Shown here piece after piece: positions 24,401 through 37,300 of a stretch of DNA of 64,000 nt. The stretch spans positions 68,076,001 through 68,140,000 of the forward strand of contig NW_027266297.1 in the NCBI RefSeq assembly GCF_022045235.1, in the 5' to 3' direction. Under the pieces are notes generated by a model that saw only the letters and a program-made list of their open reading frames with translations, was not told the origin of the DNA and made no database searches. Position numbers and translations under genes: made by a program. The stretch is from Haliotis cracherodii. Lineage: Eukaryota. Positions within the stretch are counted from its first letter, which is position 1. Each line of letters starts with the position of its first letter.

Positions 24401-25807
24401 TACCCCCTTTGAGTTCATGTACTGGCAGTCTGGATAGTGTAACCCCTGGAGTTCATGTAGCATCAATCTGGATAATGTACCCCCTTGGAGTTCATGTAGC
24501 AGTAATCTGGATAGTGTACCCCCTGGAGTTCATGTACCGGCTATCTGGATAGTGTACCCCCTTGGAGTTCATGTACCAGCAGTCTGGATAGCGTACCCCC
24601 CTGGAGTTCATGTACCAGTAATCTGGATAGTGTACCCCCCTGGAGTTCATGTACCTGTAATCTGGATAGTGTACCCCCTGGAGTTCATGTACCAGCAGTC
24701 TGGATAGCGTACCCCCCTGGAGTTCATGTACCAGTAATCTGGATAGTGTACCCCCCTGGAGTTCATGTACCAGTAATCTGGATAGTGTCCCCCCCCTGGA
24801 GTTCATGTACCAGTATTCTGGATAGTGTACCCCCTTAGAGTTCATGTACCAGTAATCTGGATAGTGTCCCCCCCTGGAGTTCATGTACCAGTAATCTGGA
24901 TAGTGTACCCCCTTGGAATGTAGCAGCAATCTGGATAGTGGACAGATTAATTGGAGCATCTCGCATCTCACTATAATCTCATATCTTAGCACATATAATT
25001 TACAATCACCCTATGCTATTCTCATCACACACATCCCATTACCATTTCCTCTTTAGAAGTTAATAGTCCCAAATTATCATGTTAATAGAATCATTTCATT
25101 AAACTGTGTACAGGTTGTGCATAACTTTTCGTGGACATGTGCCACACCCAGGATAACTAGGAGTTGTATGTTCATGTCATATTTCATCTGATTACCTCTG
25201 ACACAGCACATACTCTCAGACAATAACATGAGAAATATGATCGCCTAATTCAGGTGTTGTTGGGATATAAAAACACAGTATTTCACACGAAAAGTCGAAA
25301 ACTGTCAATTATTCGCAACAATCATGAGGACAGAACAATGTCAACAACATTAAAAGACTTATTAAAGTACTTTAAATTTGGATCATCAACAAAATATCTT
25401 TTTCAGATTAGTCTCCTAGCAAGATCTATTGAGATGAGACAACATGGTCTGATGCCCTTTTCCCATCTAGGACAACGTACATTATTGTCCTTCAAGAAAT
25501 TGAGCTATCTACTTTATGTGATGTTATTAGGATAATCATTTTATGATATATTTCTAAATAGATCAAACTTAAGTAAACAGACAAAAATAAAGTGTTATTA
25601 AAATTACCTATTCAAACTTTTTCCAAAATGCACAGGGCTTGCAACTTATCTGTTCAGATAAATTAGAACTAAAGCTTTAAAACATTGAATATGATGTCAT
25701 CAGTATTGAAACATGTACAGTACCTTATCTATTCTCTCACACTGCGTCCCTTTTCCAGCCCCGGGTCCACCGAGTACAAACACAACACCATACTTCGTTT
25801 CTGACAT
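18436..25807 (-). CDS. CMPK1: UMP-CMP kinase, 195 aa; complement(join(18436..18480,19793..19889,20806..20882,21515..21652,23151..23297,25724..25807))
   Basis: Six exons with GT-AG boundaries and consistent phases give [28 protein letters not shown] / [17 protein letters not shown]...[13 protein letters not shown] / ...[13 protein letters not shown]... / [26 protein letters not shown] / [15 protein letters not shown]... / [14 protein letters not shown]. The P-loop, DGFPR and GRSDDN motifs of UMP-CMP kinases are all present. Confidence 0.96.
18667..18926 (-). mobile_element. Family D near-full-length copy in last CMPK1 intron
   Basis: Reverse complement of the family D consensus, including the structured 5' head. 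Confidence 0.85.
19239..19536. mobile_element. hAT-like MITE
   Basis: TAGGGCTGGGACG...CGTCCCAGCCC termini with internal GGGTACCC palindromes. Related ends at about 1121-1486 and 36868-37340. Confidence 0.65.
19541..19756. other. Assembly gap (216 N) in last CMPK1 intron
   Basis: Run of N. Confidence 1.
19793..19889 (-). CDS. CMPK1: CMPK1 exon 5
   Basis: [32 protein letters not shown]; cag|...|gtaagt. Confidence 0.92.
20806..20882 (-). CDS. CMPK1: CMPK1 exon 4
   Basis: [25 protein letters not shown](R); cag|...|gtaaat. Confidence 0.93.
21515..21652 (-). CDS. CMPK1: CMPK1 exon 3
   Basis: [46 protein letters not shown]; cag|...|gtaagt. Confidence 0.93.
22773..23075 (-). mobile_element. SINE family A copy in CMPK1 intron 2 with 14-bp TSD
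   Basis: Reverse-complement copy flanked by ACTCTTTAGAGTGA at 22759-22772 and 23076-23089. Confidence 0.88.
23151..23297 (-). CDS. CMPK1: CMPK1 exon 2
   Basis: [49 protein letters not shown]; tag|...|gtgtgt. Confidence 0.93.
23404..23979. mobile_element. Second, older copy of the Mutator-like MITE (opposite orientation), CMPK1 intron 1
   Basis: Same TIRs as 17739-18252; TSD degenerate. Confidence 0.8.
24100..24940. repeat. Minisatellite, 38-41-bp unit, about 21 copies, in CMPK1 intron 1
   Basis: Unit GGAGTTCATGTACCAGTAATCTGGATAGTGTACCCC(C)TT with a variable C-run. Confidence 0.95.
25724..25807 (-). CDS. CMPK1: CMPK1 coding exon 1 (P-loop GGPGAGKGT)
   Basis: ATG at 25807, donor AAG|gtactg. 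Confidence 0.93.
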
Positions 25808-26859
25808 GATGGAATGTTGCGGAATACTAAACGTGTTCAGGTACTTCGAGTTTGATATTATTTTGCCACCGAGAAGCCCGCTCCCCAAATGGCGTAAACG
25901 AAACAAAGTTCGAAAAATTATTGCTCTATACAGCACTCTGAGTCAAAAGATAAAATGAGCCTTTCTGACAACTCTGATCAGGTGATGACAAATATATAAA
26001 CAAATGACAAATAAAATCGCAGAATGGTGAGGTGTCCCTCTGTACTTCGAGCAAGTATTGACACAGGATTTAAACTATACCAACCAATAAAACTAGGTCA
26101 AATATACCAAATTAAAGTAACGTTGATTTTCTGCAAGGTTCATAGACTCAGTAAATAATTCCTAAACATATCACGAACAATAAATACACACTGATATGTT
26201 TAAACTCTCGACACCTCCATGTGGCAGGGCATATATGCGGTTGTTACTAAAAGACGAAATGGATTTACACGCGAATTTGTACATCTTACGATTTTCAACC
26301 AAGAAAATTACACTTGTATGGCTAGTAAAATAATGAAATATGTTTCATCATGATAAACCAAGAGAAATAAACACGGCAAAATATTAATCACGGATGAGGT
26401 ATGAAATAGTTTTAAACTTTAAGTTTAGATATGGTAATTCAAATGATCTTATCTAAAATTTCTAAATTGTTTCCTGGGAAATCTACTATCGATATCATAT
26501 TCACTGTTTCATTGGCATTCTTTATCCGCGAGTTTCATTACCTGTGTGTTATTTGTTATTCTTACTGTACATTTGGATTGATCCAATTATATGTATGCTA
26601 GTGTTAATACCTTTAATACCTGTTACTCTGCTGCTTATCACACTTCATGGCAATACCTCTCTGGACTAACATCCAGTCATACAGAAAAAAACAGTTGTTA
26701 AATTATCTTAATAAAAATATAATAAAAAGGAGCCCAGAGACTCTCTTCGTTTTCACTGCAGTAATCTAGACTTGCCAAACATTATAGACTTGCATGGGCT
26801 GTATTGGATATATTTGTATCAGGGTCTGTAAGACAGACTTATACATCTCATCACTTAGC

Positions 26860-27300
26860 TGTTGTCGCTCCAGTTGATAACGGTGTACGAATCTACATCG
26901 AAACGTCGCTATATGTAATAAACCAGAACTTGTTATCCATAAAGTTGCACGTTTTCTTAGATATCATATTCTTCTGCCTAATGCCTGCAGTTGAAGGGAT
27001 GACTCGGTTTAGATAATACGTTTCATTGAGTGTTCTCTTGTGCAGTATACCTGTTTATCCTGCACAGTTGTCCAGTAATAGTGTACGTGTATAATATATG
27101 CCCATATATTTAATCACTTTCATATCAAGGAAGAGAATTTATGGATGTTAACTTGTTTATTAGGAGGGTTTTGGATTACATTGTATATGCTTACTTCCTT
27201 GTCGATAAGCATGTACTCCGAAACGTTGTGTTCCTCATAATAAAGAAGTTGACATCCATATATTCTCTTCCTTTTGTGTATCACTTCTAAATGCCTTTCA
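26860..27300 (+). mobile_element. Degenerate Penelope-like terminal relics in the CMPK1-STIL intergenic region
   Basis: TTGATAAC-GGTGTA...TACATC-GAAACGTC...AATAAA (26874-26922) and CCGAAACGTTG...AATAAAGAAGTTGACATCCATA...ACTTCTAAATGCC (27218-27295) both resemble the arm at 41819-41925. Confidence 0.65.
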
Positions 27301-27779
27301 AACACTTTAATATTTTTGGAAACTCTTTTATTTACATTCGGACGACGTTTCTAAAAGAACATATTTTACGTTCATGCTTTAGTTTTCAAACAATCATGTC
27401 GGTCGAATTTGAAAAAAACAAACAATATGCTTCTCTGTTTATCTGTTAAGCTTAATGAACATACCAGGCGTCTTATTCGTTAATCCACAAAATACATGTA
27501 TATCTTATTGGGAGTACCGTACGTAAGTGTAATTGCTAATTCAGCATTGTTGTTGATCGGATTAGCGCTGGCAATAATGGACACCACGGAGTTGTATTTA
27601 CATACAAACTGAATGTGCAACGCTGATAATGTTTTAAACAATTATCGTTAGAAACCAGTTGTGACACTTTCATAATTTATAACAATATTTTTTTGTTGGT
27701 AATTCAACTCGGTATATACTTAATATTATTGATGTGGTTAAAAACATAAATCCCTATGTTCTTTTCGTTTGGAAATCCT

Positions 27780-27872
27780 AAGTTTTGATTTGAAATCTAC
27801 AACGAGGCAAGTGGCCGACATGCGCAGTGAGGAAATGGTTTGACTGCTAAGCGCCAATGTTGATGTTTACAG
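27780..27872 (+). promoter_or_regulatory. Probable STIL promoter and non-coding first exon
   Basis: CHR element TTTGAA (27789-27794), NRF1-like ACATGCGCAGT (about 27818) and a strong donor CAG|GTGAGT at 27873, in a locally CpG-richer patch about 2 kb from the CMPK1 start. Confidence 0.55.
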
Positions 27873-30800
27873 GTGAGTGCAGGCAATGCGTTGTTAATCA
27901 TAGAGAACACTTATGCATTAACTCTTCCTTATCATGAAATGTGTGCAGTTAAGGATGTGATAAAGAATCATGTTACTTTGAAATACGTTTTGGTGGCTGC
28001 TCCGATTAATCACTGGCATAAAATAATCGTCTGTTCGGACTGCAAACGTACAGAAACCTGTCAACGCGTGGGAACTTCAAAAGGTCCAGCGACTGCAATC
28101 GATAGTGTTCTACATCTGTCGTATTTTACACTCCGATATTGAATGATGTTTGATTTACTGATCTAAGAATTCATGTGAAATTGCACCAGTTGAATGACCC
28201 TACATATGTCAAGATCAAGTAATCACATGTTAGTTGTAAAGTCATTCGCGGGACGCTGTCAAAACATGTAGGGGCGTGTTCTGTTTCCATGAGTGGTATT
28301 GGCCGGCGTGAGATTGACATCGGCATGTGAGGAACTTGATATTGTTTTATGTCTATTGTTGACATTTTTTGGTTATTCAATCACGTTTGTTTTCTTATGA
28401 TTGTACAACACTCAATCAACTGACAAAATGCTCTATGAAGTAAGTCTGAAATACTAGTATTGTGCATAATACATTTGGATATACTGAATGGCTCTGGGTG
28501 AATAGTTTATGTTCAAGTCTCATTTATGTCAAAGTTACTCATCAACAGTCATCAATGATCATGTTAAACCAATTAAGTGTGTTTGGTGTGCATCATTCCA
28601 CTAGGGAGGATCATGGATGCGTAATTACAAGCTAGGAGTCCATCAGTGGCTTTGGATTACATTACAAATACTATGAAAGGTAAGTTGACAAGGACTTGTA
28701 TATATGATTAGTTACGAATCCTTACCAAGGGGCTACCGTACCAAAGGGGTTGATCCATTTGAGGAACTGAATTTAAGTATTTCTATTATGTTCGTCAGTT
28801 CACATTATCACACTCACTGCCTCAGACCTTCGAGTGATTTGCTTTTCCCAACACAACTGAAAGTGAATTTATGTTGTCCTTTATCTAATGAAGATTATTA
28901 TACCCTTGCTAAAATGCATAAAAACATTAGATTAATTACCAAATTCAAATATGTACTGTTATATTTGATCATGTTTCACAAATAAATGTTTTGAAAGACG
29001 AGTTCAGAGAACTAGTGCATAAGCTATTCCACCAATTTGTATTAAGTTTAAAGTATGGAGGATTGGTGAAGATTGAAAGACCCCAAATAATAATGGTCAT
29101 TATGGACTACGATCACTGGAATTCCTATTGTCCTGGGCACAATGTAGTAGTTTTGGGCTCAGACAAGTGTGAATTTTTTTAAGGCTCAGCTGGCTACACC
29201 AGTATGCAACATTTGAAGTTCAATATGAAACTTCTGTTTTTTAGTTGTTTCTTGTCATCATTGATTGTAGTAGTAAACTGAATAATTATTGTCTAATCAC
29301 AATGATCCTATTCCATAATGCCAGTCCGATACTCGTTTAACATGGACATATGAGAATCATACTGTTGACTGTGGAACAGGGATAAATTCATTAATCATGT
29401 TAATAGTTTTTCAGATTAAACAATAAAAATATTACAAATGCAGATTCATTTTAACATAGGTCTTTCATCCTGTGTTATATACAGTAAAGTCAATGATTCA
29501 ACAAAAGAAGTTACAGTTCTATTTTGTTAACATTTTAAACAAGTAGAAATACACAAACCTATGAATTAAATACTAATATTAGTATTGTTGAACTTGATGT
29601 TGGCATTGAAATTGAAAAGTGCACTTGTCATAAGCATGATCAGAACTGCTTGTTGGAAAATGTACTAGCTTAGTATATTTTTTTGTTTACTGAAGGTGGT
29701 ATGTCTCTCATCTCAAAACTCAGTAGGTCCCTCTGCCATTATGACTAACCAAGACTAGCATGCAAGTTTATATGGTTAACATTTAGCAGGATATTATATC
29801 ATGAAACACTTTGCACCTGCATATCACAATCCCATAAAGAAGCACTTTGAAACTTGATATTAAAGATTAAATTTGCTGATCTTCCATTGATATATCTATC
29901 ATGACAAATAAAAGTCTCTTTACAAAAAAGCAGCTGCAAAATACTTCTTGCCAATCATACTGTTCTTTATAATTGTCAAGAAAGTTATGTCAAACACCAC
30001 ATCATGCTTGACCTATCCAGGCAATGAAAAACAAACCTTTCTTTTTATCAGTATTTGTAAACATATCACAACAGTTTATGGTCTGCTTTGCTTAAAAAAC
30101 ATGTATCTTCAGCATTGTTGATAAAGATTGTTGACTACGCATGCTAGGTGAAAAGTAGTTATCAAAGATGTTTCTTTATACTTGTTCTGTTAAAAGATGG
30201 GCAAGATGCAGTGTAATGTGCAGTCTGTTGAGCAAGGTCAATATTGTCCGAAACTCAAGACAACTGTTTGATCATCAGTACTGTTGCCTTCAACATGTTC
30301 AACATGTAATAGAATGTCCAGTGATTGAAGAAGTGTATGAAAACATTGAATTATGCAAAATACTTTAGTTAAAAACAAAACTTGCAGGATGGAATAATTC
30401 AAAGTATTCAGTAGCATACATATTTGACCTGTTTATGCATGGAAAGATGGGACAAGGATATACAGATATGATTATGTTCATACAGTGCTCCAGATAATGT
30501 TTCAACCATACCCACAGTACTGGTCATTATCAGAACTGAGAACCGGGCTTTTTTTTTCATGCCAATAAGAACAATACTGCTCGTTTGTAGAATTGACGAA
30601 TGCTGATATGATATTGCACCATCAGCATTCAAAGACTATCAGTTGTACATTCAGATTCTGGTGCCAAACTAATGTAAACATAACCGAGACGAGAGAATTC
30701 TAGTGTGCATTATTATTAGCCAATGACAATGCATGATTGGGAGGAAAAATGCATGAATGGGAGGGAATCCATATGCTGCTGACACAAAATGATGTATTCC

Positions 30801-33800
30801 TGTTTAAGTGGAAGGTATATTATGATAACATTAACAATGTTTTGAAGAACGTTTTTGAGAATAAATAGACAAGGTATGGTAACACTTAATCATGAGAGCG
30901 TATCATGTTGTTTGTCCCATATTTGATATGGTTGTAATTTGTAATCCGTTGTTATTTGACTTGTTTTTATCCGTATAATACACTGATATGGTATCTATCT
31001 GGAGCACTGTCATACTTCAGTTTCTATTCGTCAACAATATAGTAAGTTAATGTACTGGTATTTCATGTCTTTAGATTGGCATATAGAAGACTGTTAGACA
31101 TGGAGTGACTTTTTGATATTATTTTTTTAGATGCTGTTTCAATGCTACGTCTTTCATCATGATTAACAGTATTTCAAATTGTGATCATTTATTCCTGGTA
31201 AATTATTACAAGTTGTAATTTAAGATAACATTCTCTTATGTTTCTGCATCATGACCCTGTATGGATAGAGTAGAAATGACATTCCTGAGACATGTTTCTA
31301 ATGTGCTGAACATCTAAAATCTTGTAAATAGAAATGTGAAATGTTTATAATATGATAGGACAGGCCTTTATCATGTTATGTCATTAAAACAAATCTTCAC
31401 GTTTGCCTATACCTTTGGTTACAATTATACAATGGCACAAAAAATATACTAAACGTTCTGGAATGCAGTAAGTCAACATGATCTAAACATGCCAAAATAT
31501 GTGGGCTATCATCCTGTGCTGGAAGCTTGATGTAATTAGTTGAGAGGCCTATAGAGTAGTATACATCTAACTAAGTTGCTAGCACCAGGCTTTATCTGCT
31601 TATGAATAGAACATTTACAATAGCAGTGGAACATAATCCTGTAATCAGATTAAGGACAATCAGAGACCTATTGAACCTACACAGATTTTCTCTGTCTTTT
31701 CAGACAAGATTAGTACTCCTACGTAAAGCCCTTGATATGTAGTTAACTAGCCTACTGTGTTTTTCATGGCCTGCTTTAATTCACTATCAAGACTTGTTGC
31801 ATGGTCTGTTAATTCTGTTCTTTCAAAGGCAATCTGATTATGATTGGACTTTTGTGCAGTTTTTTTCTGTGAAAACCCTTGCTAGCACTCAAGTATTTTG
31901 GGTTGAAAGGTAAATATGTGGTAAGTATCATTTTATATTAAAAAAAGGATAATGGTACCTACTTTCAGACTGAAAAATAGCAGACATATATTAGGTGTTT
32001 TTAGATAGAAAAATGATATTCTGTGAAAGCAGTTTGTGTCTTCAGCCACTAGTACAATGCCTGTCAAGAAAAATGGTTTTAGTAAGCTCAGGTTGTTTGG
32101 TAATTTAGAAACCTCAGAAGCAGATGTCAGTTTTAAGAGAATCCAAATTGTAATTTGGAAATTCCCAAATAATTCTTTTAATTTTTTTCACTTATTTTTT
32201 CTTCTTCTGAGACCTGGCGCAAGAAAGACAATGATAAAAAGGCAATATCAGTGTAAGGATAAAACAAAGGAACATTGGAGTACTTTTCCCCAAAATTTTG
32301 AAAAAAATAGCACCTAGCTCCCACCAATGGCATCAGCACGTACTTGTAAATCCAAGATATATCCATAGCTTCTGACAGTCACAGCTCATACCAAAGAAGT
32401 ACATAAAATCTGCTGAAAAAGATGGGGAATCTGAATGATGAAAAGGTATACTAAAAGCAGTTGCAAATGTAAGTTAATGTGTATTTCATCATGTAATTTA
32501 TACTTGGTACTGCTGTTTGTCAGTTTACTTCATTGATAATTTATGATTTTACGAAGTTATGCCCAGTTTAATAGGGCCAGTCCTTAACCCCAGACAAAAA
32601 TAAAAAGATCACCTGGTCATTTCTGAACCTGACCTGTCATTTCGTGGTTAATAATTCACTCAACCCATGAGAATTCAATTGTAGTTATTTAAGCTCTGTA
32701 TGCTGCTTGATTGTGTTGTTAAGTAGTCCTATCATTTTAAGACAAATTATCTTTTATGAATTTAGTATGTGCTTGTTCCAACATGCTTATATGTATTTCA
32801 TGCAGTCGAATGACTAGCATGTGGACACATTAAGTGAGCCAGCATTCATGGACATAATTGTGTAAACGTCTTTTATCCCGCTGAAAGAACTATTTGTAGT
32901 TGAATAAATGACTATTGAATCAAAGGGTGCCCAGCAGTCAGTATGGTTTGAGATATGCTATGTTAGGCTACTGGCCACATAGGAGGTGGCAGTATGAATG
33001 TGTGGCAAGGTAGCCACCTTTTGTACCCTTCGCTGTGTATAAGGATTTGAGCTTGAGTATAAGAAACATGAAATTATGACCTTCGCAGTCTGTGACTTGA
33101 ACCAGTAGTCCAAAGCTAAAGTCATGTAAAATTCTGTTTGGTTTAGTAAGGTCTGTCAATAATAGTCCCTATAATAACAACACTTAAATCTAATGAAAAG
33201 TTAGCTAATGTCTGTCAGTGTTGTTCTTGTTAAACAATTAATGATTGGTTGGTGCCTGGTTCCTTCCAAGGACCTCATCAAGAAATCATAAAGATGATTT
33301 ACCAATTCTATGAAAGTCGATTTTCATGACAGGTAAATTTCTTGTTAATTGACTCCATTCATTCCTCGATGATATGTGTCTGTGAAGATTTCAACTCACA
33401 AATAATTTCAGATAGTCTGAATGTCAATGAAGTCAAGAGCCCATGCCCACAACATTCTACAACCAGCCCCAGTGTCATCCAGTTCTCATATATGGGCATA
33501 TCTTTGCTGTTTTTCACCAGTAACTGCCAAAGGTTTCGCCTTGAACAGTAATCTTGTAGCATATATCCCCATAAGCTATATCATGTACATATGTAATAAA
33601 GATATTTTGTGATTTCTGAAAGAAATCCTATTTGTGCAGGATTATATTTAAGATCTAAAACATTGATATCATTCAGGATAAATCGATCATTTGTTATTAT
33701 AATAAAATAAGCATTTTAAACTTTTCCACTGTTTTTAAGGAACCAAACCATGAAGTCTATGATTTATCAATGACTTATGAAGCAGTTCTTCAGGACCATT

Positions 33801-34203
33801 ATGTTAATATAAACTTAAACATTTATACACTTTTAACAGCGTTAGTAATTGGCACCAGTCCTATCGTCATGATCGTCCTTGCCAAACTGCCTAATAGTTA
33901 AGGTATCATAAGGACTAGTAGAAATTATCCTTTTTAAGGGTTTTGCGATATGTTATCATTATAAGGACTAGTAGACTAAAACTGTATCTAATTATGCCTT
34001 TACATGTCCTAAATAACCATGCTAACAACAGTGTTACAAATATTACATTTTCACCTGAAGTTAGTGCAATGTGTTATCTGGTCCTGGATACAAGCCTCTG
34101 TGTATCACACCTTCCATTCCATCAGACCATTAGGGAAAGGTGTGGTGCTAACTCACATTTAAGTGCTGACAATTGTTGTGATCTGTTTCAGCCTTTTCTG
34201 TCA

Positions 34204-34322
34204 ATGGCTGTCCCTGTCCGCTTGAAGAACATGCCCGAACACATCCGGGCACAATATGGCTTCCCTTACCCTCAAGTGGAGCCCCGGTCTCAGAGACAGC
34301 AATGTATGGATGGTAGTCAAGA
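34204..34322 (+). CDS. STIL: STIL coding exon 1
   Basis: Acceptor at 34191, ATG 34204 ([13 protein letters not shown]...), GA|gtaagt; the phase fits the next exon. Confidence 0.7.
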
Positions 34323-37300
34323 GTAAGTAGCAGTGCCCCAATTGTCCCTGTCACTCTTTATTGACTTCATATCTGGTTTATGAACATCAAGCTCAAGAAC
34401 ACTGTTATATAGAATTATGGGGAACATTTATTGGGAAGGAGATAAGTGAAATTAGAATGGCTTAAATCAGTGCTTGACATTAACACTGGTCCGCTGGTCC
34501 GAGTCTATTTTTTTTTAGAAGGACCAGTAACATTAAATAAATGGTGGTTTAGTGTTGTTTTGGGGATGAAGAAAGTAACGTACGTTTGTACAACTTTTGA
34601 AATCAACAAAAGATCAAGTCTAAACTCTAGGCACCATTGTGTCCTGTAGAGACAAGGACAAGTTGATTTTTTTATGCTGGTCCTTTGGACCACAGACAAA
34701 TTTTGGCCAGTGTCAAGCACTGTTGAATACTAATATAGGGTATGAAATTTTTATTGAATGCACTTTTTCATTGATGTCAAAGTATGCATAAACATGTTCA
34801 GTTAATGTGTTATCAAATTCCTGATTTGTTGTGAATTTTGAAGTATATGTTCTGATTGAACCAGTGTTATTATTGCAGATTATGTGAAGATTTACAAATG
34901 TTACAATTTCCAAAGACGAAGGTGATCCTTTGGGATCACACAGTCACTGGGCCACCGGTGTACCTTCACTTTGCCCAGTACAGGTATGTTGTGTTTTTTT
35001 CACATTTTGGGAGATTCATGTACAGTGATACATATACTAGTACATGCATTGACATATACTCTCCAAAAAAGGTAATTGAAAATAGTCGAAAATAACAGAT
35101 GATTACAGAAATTCAAAGAGGTGTCAAATGATGGTATTGATAAGAAAAAGGATGGTCTTGGTGTAACGTGACAATCAACAGAACATGTTGGCCATGTATT
35201 GTAAGAGTGCAGACAACCAAGAACTGTTTATGACTTGCTGCCACGATTGATCAAATATTTGTTGATGATAAATGGCACAACTATTGGCACCAGTATGTTT
35301 ATGACTTACTGCCACGATTGGTCAAATATTTGTTTATGATAAACGGCACAACTATTGGCACCAGTATGTTTATAACTTACTGCCATGATTGGTCAAATAT
35401 TCGTTTATGATAAACGACACAACTATTGGCACCAGTATGTTGTCTCAGTAGTAGTTGTCCACTGACACTTCCAAGGACAATATGCAGTGGCATTCTGGCA
35501 GTCATAGTGATCCCACGCTATATCATTACAGACCCTGAACAAATACTGCATTAAAGAATAGAGAGCTTATGTGTTAATGTGGAAAATGAAAATCAACGAT
35601 GTTTATGGCTCAGAGTGATTTCATGGCCTTTCACTGCAGTGCCAATATCAAGAATGTCTCCTACTCACATGCATGGAGGAATTGCAAGGTCCAGTTGCAG
35701 TGTTTTTTGGGCATTGGGTTTTGGTTCTGAGACCTTTGTGGCAGTCGTTTTTCAAAGCCGATATTCCTTCTGACAGCTGATAAAGACATTTATATTTCAT
35801 GATCCCCTACTGTTTTAGAGTATATGTGATGGATGAATGACTTTCAGTGTGAAAGACACCATGTGGCAGGTAAAATATGCTTTTGTAATAGAAGGCAACT
35901 ATCACATTAATGTTGCATCTAGAGCCACCAACAGTAAAATAGGTGACACTGAATTGAATATGGAGCATGTGGTGCAGTCTTTCATTTTGAATATAAAGTC
36001 CAGTATTTGGTGTAATGCTATTGTAGTGTTTCTCTGGATAGAACCTTGATATTGCATGCATGTACAGAGTTCCAGATAAACTGAGTATCTGCGTAAAATA
36101 GGCATCAGAAATGCAGAAATATGCAGTAAAATAAAATCCAAGTGTATCAAATACGCAACGAACATTACAGATATAAAACTAAAAATTGTGCGTATCATCA
36201 AAATATTGTGAAGAAACCCTGCGTATTCGATTAGCAAATCAGCAACTTATTTTGAAATTATAAAGGTGCATTCTGTCAACCTTGCCAAACTGCACGATGA
36301 CAGTTACATCATGATCATTTGCCGTCACACTTTCTTGTGGAAGTGTCATGGTATTTTTGAGTCCTATAAAGCTCTCGAACGGACACGACATCAGTTTGCA
36401 GGGACTAGATGAATAGTGTTTTTAAATATTTAACTTAAATACCCACATGTGTAAAAACTAGTGGGTAACAGAAATTTGAATACCCAGATAGAATTACTGA
36501 TACCCAATGATTTTAAAATGCATGGGTAAAATACCCACAACACCAAAAGTTATCTGGAGCTCTGATGTACTTTAGTTAACATAGCAACCTTATCGTTAAA
36601 TAGTAAGTTTGAGAGACTAAGTTGAAGCAAGGAGACACATCATGCCTCAGAACGAGGAAATTGAAGTTTAATAGTTTGTTTCTTACATGTACTGTGGAAA
36701 TGTATATATAACATACATTCTGTATTTGTAGGAAACCCCGGATATGTCTATCAGAAAAAGTGTTGCGAATTGCTCACCGCCAGTGTATCAGCTGTGGTCA
36801 GTCTCGGGACTGTGTCCTGATTGGAAGCCTCAATGTAGATGATGGTAGGTCTAACTCTAAGCATTGTAGGAGGGGTGACTATTGGTCTGGAAATCACTAT
36901 TGCGATAACTATTGATATTGCAAGCAACTATTGCAATAAATATTGATAGTTTTCAGTGTATCATCTTAGATGGATTTTAGAGTTGGAATAAACCTTGGAA
37001 CTTAAATTTCCTTAGAATGTGATTACCATAACAACAAATAAAAGTAAAGTTTGAGATATGTCTGATTTGTTTTTTCTTTACCCTAATTATTTAAGAAAAA
37101 GAAACTTCCACATTACCATGTGTAAATGACTCCACTCATGATCAAAAGAAGGACAAATTTGGACAGCATTGCATTTATTTTATTGAAACTGTAAAACTAC
37201 GGTAAATACAATCAAAACTATTGATATTCCTAAGTGAAAACGAATCTATTGATCGGAAACTGATTTAACGATCGATTTATTGACTTTAAGTGCTTACCAA

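Noticed and set aside
24221-24992. ORFs with repeated [10 protein letters not shown] motif
   Set aside because: Minisatellite inside CMPK1 intron 1; variable C-runs shift the frame between units.
27120-27350. Minus-strand open segment with plausible splice sites (HLEVIHKRKRIYGC), resembling a zinc-finger exon
   Set aside because: It overlaps the antisense of a Penelope-like terminal relic, lacks C2H2 spacing and has no partner exons.
35450-36240. Coding-like composition on the minus strand in a STIL intron
   Set aside because: Multiple stops and no recognisable domain. It may be an old transposon relic, but I cannot support a call.
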